From positions 103,232,001 to 103,296,000 of the forward strand of contig CM059431.1 in NCBI GenBank assembly GCA_030390025.1: 64,000 bases of DNA, in the 5' to 3' direction. The notes beneath the pieces were generated by a model, which did not search any database, had not been told where the DNA came from, and saw only the letters and a list, made by a program, of their open reading frames with translations. The first letter of the stretch is position 1. Each line of letters opens with the position of its first letter. Both the position numbers and the translations under genes were made by a program. Source of the stretch: Squalus acanthias (Eukaryota). Of this stretch, positions 59,791 to 64,000 are shown piece after piece.

Positions 59791-60589
59791 TAGTTTTTCT
59801 TTAAAATCTACCAGATGGACCAAGCTTTCAGTCACCTGTCCCAATGTTTCCTTATGTGGCTCGGTGTCAACATTTGTTTGATAATGCTCCTGTGGATCGC
59901 CTTGGGACGTTTTACTACGTTAAAGGCGCTATATAAATGCAAGTTGTTGTTGTTGTTTGAGCTAGTTTTTTTAGAGTGCAGTGCTGCTTGGAATTATTGT
60001 AGCTATGTGTTGTGAAAGATTTCAATTCGCAAATTAATATAATAGATCGGGAGTTTAGTTTAATGGACCCTGGAAAGTTGAATTAACATTCCTTAAAACT
60101 ACATTTATATTCACATTAAAATATCTGTAACCCTTCCAATAGAATTTATTTTTGACTGGAAAGGCAGAATTACAGTCGGCTTCAAAGTGTCAGAAAATGC
60201 TTCACAGTATCATCATAGAACGGTTACAGCACGGAAGAAGGCCATTCGGCCCGTCGAGCCCGTGCCGGCTCTCTGTGTCGATGATCGATACTTTCTGGGA
60301 ATCCCTCCAGGTTCCCCGGAAAATAAATCTCACGCCTGCAGCATTCTCACCCCCCCCTCCAGTTAGTTCTAAATCCACCCCTTGCTACGAACTGCACACT
60401 TGCGATGCCATGTCAGGAATACCTATGACTTTAAGTTACAGCAAGCCCATGTTCTACTGCACTTTCACAAGGCTGCCTTTTTTCCCCTTTAACTGTTTGG
60501 GACCTTTTGCCCATTGTCTAGGTTTTCATGCAGGGCTGTGCTATTGTAACGCCATTTCTCTCTTGTCAGATACTGAACCCATTCTTCAT

Positions 60590-60940
60590 GGAATCATAGA
60601 ATCTTAAAAGCACAGGAGGAGGCCATTTGGCCCATTGTGTCATTGCTGGCTCTTTAAAGTAGCTCTCCAATTAGTCCCACTCCCCCCCGCTCTTTCCCAA
60701 TAGCCCTACTTTTCCTTTGCAAGTATTTTTCCAATTTCCTTTTGAAAGTGACTGTTGAATCTGCTTCCACCGCCCCTTCAGGTCGTGCATTCCAGATCAC
60801 AACATCTCACTACCGAAAAAAATTCCTCATCTCCCCCCTCTGGTTCTTTTGCCAATTATCTTAAATCTGTGTCCTCTGGTTACCGACCCTCTTGCCAGTG
60901 GAAACAGTTTCCCCCAATCTACTCTATCAAAACCCTCATA
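60590..60940 (-). mobile_element. CR1 3' end
   Basis: Antisense DRVDWGKLFPLARGSVTRGHRFK. Confidence 0.82.
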
Positions 60941-61598
60941 AAACTGTTCAATCTTGGCAAGTGTTGCTGAGAGTTCCTTGTGGTGCTGGAATGGGGACAG
61001 GAATAACTTACTCGAGTGTACCTTTCTCCAAATCTCAAGAAAGTATGTGGGGAACTTGGAATCACCCCATTGTGGTACTAACCTTGACAGTTTGGAAGAT
61101 TGTGTATCATTGAAGATACCCTCAGCTTATTCCAGTTAAAAATACTATGGTATATATGCAAATTCATTTAAATTATGTTCAAGCACTGCATTATTTTTCA
61201 GTAGAACTGCCATATGGGACTATGTGAAGCAGGTCTATTATATTGCCTGATAGAAAACCCACTTTATCTGTAACACGAGCCTGGCCCATTGTGACTCTTT
61301 TACTGTCACTAACTCCAGGGCAACAAAGTAAATCAACTTGATCTCACACATAAAGCAAGCTATGTATGTTATAAACATTCATGATTGGCTTGGCTTCTGT
61401 TTTACACAGAGACTACTACAAGAGTCCATTGGGTATTAGAAGGCAGTGATGTATTGAAGGCTGAGGTGCCATCTTAAAGGTCACCTTCCCAATGCAGCAG
61501 TGTACAGCGAACTGCAAGATGTCGCTAATGTCACCTGCTGCAGCCTGCAATGACCCATGACGTAAAAGTTAAGGGCCATGGTGACCTTGACAGCCACA

Positions 61599-61796
61599 AA
61601 TGTGAGAAGTCGCACAACACCAGGTTATAGTCCAACAGCTTTATTTGAAATCACAAGCTTTCGGAGCGCTGCTCCTTCGTCAGGTTCGTCAGCGCTCCGA
61701 AAGCTTGTGATTTCAAATAAAACTGTTGGACTATAACCTGGTGTTGTGCGACTTCTCACATTTGTCCACCCCAGTCCAACACCGGCATCTCCACAT
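61599..61796. mobile_element. Foldback Penelope mini-element (two inverted 3' termini) containing a hammerhead core at 61651-61685 (-)
   Basis: ~75-bp inverted arms (~61596-61671 and 61690-61765). 13-bp TSD CTTGACAGCCACA (61586-61598, 61797-61809). Confidence 0.88.
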
Positions 61797-63350
61797 CTTG
61801 ACAGCCACAGGCAGTGCTGTCTATGTCCTAGTTTTGTGTTCCAGTTGTGGTTGGAGCAGGTGACAGAGCTCCATTACAGCCTCTTTGGTGAAGCACAGGT
61901 GCCTCACACATTGCTCCGCAGTCTGGTTGAGCTATGAATAGTGTTGCTTGAAGACCCACCGTGAGTAGGGCTTCCTGCACAGTGCCCTCTTCTCTCAGGT
62001 GCTCCCGCTCACTGCTGTTTTCTTCAGTGCTGCATATCTCATACTCCAGCCCCAAAGCCAGACCTACCAGACCTTGAAGCACACCATAGCCTGAGGCTGA
62101 GTTACTGGCCACTATAAGACTGGAAGTTTTCCTTTGCAGGTGGCCAGTGTAATGGCATTGCGATGGATGACAGGCTGTTGTATTTGAATTGTGATTTGAA
62201 CTATTGCACCACGTGGCTGCACCACTGCACTGATATCAGAAATTATAGTGCAAGAAAATCGCACAACCTGTGTGTTACATATAACACCATCTCAGCGTAT
62301 GGGCGACTTAATAAACTGTTCAAGCTTCACTGTTATTGTTTATGAGAACAGAACCTTTGGCTGTGCTTTGCAGTGGGTTTTATGCGAGCTATTATATTTC
62401 ACGTAATTGGTTTTACATGTTCACACTGATGTATCCAAGCTTGATTTAATTTCATTCAAACCACCAATCGCCCATGAAAGTGCGCTTGGCAAAATCTCTC
62501 TTTTCATACGGTTGTGAGTTTAAAGCACGATGCTGTGGTTTGAATGGCGGTGTCATAGCAATTGCACCTCTTTTCCCTCCCCCTTCCCAGAAAAGAAAAG
62601 ATTGGTTTAATCTTTTGACTATTTCTGTACTAGATGGCGCACTGTTGTCTAAAGGGAACATTGGGCAGCTCAGTCTGTTGGACGCCGCGATGAGGGTTAG
62701 GAGCATTTAGGCTTGTTCCCCAGCAGGTGGTTCCTCAGCCTTTCATACTTTTGATAAAATGAACATGAGAGGATAAATTCAGTGAACCAGCGCTCCCGAC
62801 ACGAAGCAATGCTTGGCGGGAGTACAGGTCACAGAGAGGGTCTCTGAGCATTGTAGGGCCGATTTTAGCGCTGCTAAATTTACTTGTATCTTTTAGGATG
62901 TGGGGAGAAAACAGAAGACTTCAGGGAGGGCGCAGTACGTGCTACAACACGGCTGCATCTTTTGGCTATTTGTCAATAGGAATGGAGCTCATTGCTGCAC
63001 GCAATAGGCATTTTATAGAGTTGATGGAGTCGCTATGCCTTCTGATTACATGGTGCTAATGAAAGGTGTACAATGAATAGGTTTCATGGAATCATACAGC
63101 ACAAATGGCAATGTAATGGCAGTGCATTCCAGATCATAACAACTCGCCGAGTAACAAAAATGTCTCCTCATTTCCCCCTGTGTGTTTAATCCTCTTCCCG
63201 CCGCTAGGTGTCGGGTCCATGCGCAAATCGGGGACCCGACACTTGGGAAAATTGTTTGGAGGTGGGTTGACGGCGGGATCGGACCCCGCCGTCAATCAAA
63301 ACGATTTTAACCTTTGACCCTGCCCTCTCAGTGCCGATAAAATCGCGGCC

Positions 63351-63635
63351 AAGGTGTTCAGAAAAGATAGGGAAGGAAAAAAGGGAGGTGGGATGGCAAT
63401 ACTGATTAGGGAAGACATTGTAGTGTTGGAAAGAGAGGATGTCCTTGAGGGGGCAAGGACAGAATCCATTTGGTTAGAGTTGAGAAGCAAAAAGGGTATG
63501 ATCACGCTATTGGGGGTATTCCACAGGCCTCCAAATAGTGAGAGAGAGATAGAGGAGCAAATCTGCAGGGAAATCACAGAGATGTGCAAGAACTATAGCG
63601 TGGTGATATTGGGGGGCTTTGATTACCCAAATATC
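63351..63635 (+). mobile_element. CR1 APE endonuclease fragment flanked by MITE pieces
   Basis: FRKDREGKKGGGMAILI...ESIWLEL...GVFHRPPNS...VILGGFDYPNI. Confidence 0.9.
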
Positions 63636-64000
63636 GGCTGGAATTTTGCCGGCGCTCAGAAGGCGGGTTTGGAGGCGGGTCCGCTGTCAAAATAGCAAAG
63701 AGTGACAGCGGGTAGGAACCCGCTGTCAACCCGCCTCCACGCGAGTCTCCCAGGTGTCGGGTCTGTCAGTGGAGAACTGACCCGACACCAAGCGGCGGGG
63801 GAGACAATTAAGCTCATTAAATGGCCTGTTAAGAGCCAATTTAATGGTATTTTGAGGCTTCCTTCCAATTTTACGTGCTCCCCCATGGGTTACCCGCTGT
63901 TTGGGGAACACACCAGCTCACCCTGGCGTGAGTTGAGTCTGCTCTGATGTATCTGATAAGCTGACAGCTGCAGAAGTGGTGTAATGGATGCCATGTTGCA
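63636..64000. mobile_element. Left end of a Harbinger-like MITE running off the window
   Basis: Begins GGCTGGAATTTT, with GCGGGT/ACCCGC subterminal palindromes. Confidence 0.6.

Larger units (their letters stand above)
58370..59957 (+). mobile_element. L2 LINE 3' end split by Penelope (58514-59163) and a SINE (59341-59790)
   Basis: SPITL.LHWLPVRQRLD...; SPRSLRSSNSGLL...LWNSLPKPLRL; (TTG)n tail. Confidence 0.85.

Noticed and set aside
1..64000. CRISPR array, operon or other prokaryotic system
   Set aside because: No repeat-spacer array or gene-dense architecture. The sequence is vertebrate repeat-rich DNA.

Overview
Vertebrate genomic DNA, almost certainly from a cartilaginous fish (shark). 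The repeat complement points that way: an HE1-type tRNA SINE, many SacSINE1/Deu-domain SINEs, and CR1/HER1, L2 and a third CR1-group LINE. Most of the window is nested transposon debris, and nearly all ORFs in the track are LINE ORF2 fragments or chance frames in repeats. No intact host gene can be named. Signals beyond the routine repeats: (1) Penelope-like retroelements carrying minimal type I hammerhead ribozymes of two families, including a ~200-bp foldback mini-element with a 13-bp TSD. (2) Three solo-LTR families, one of them 1.13 kb with a 4-bp TSD. (3) Many PIF/Harbinger-type MITEs (GG(G)C TIRs, 3-bp TSDs) plus a fossil two-exon Harbinger Myb/SANT gene. (4) A ZNF143/CCAAT-type promoter with a first exon near 16.9 kb, a TATA/Inr promoter-like block near 38.9 kb, and candidate small + strand exons (34169-34195, 55223-55285) of an unidentified long-intron gene. 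(5) Repeat-free, homeobox-motif-rich stretches that may be conserved enhancers. Boundaries with a stated TSD or TIR were read directly; other boundaries are approximate (tens of bp). Family names come from recall of consensus sequences, not from a database search.
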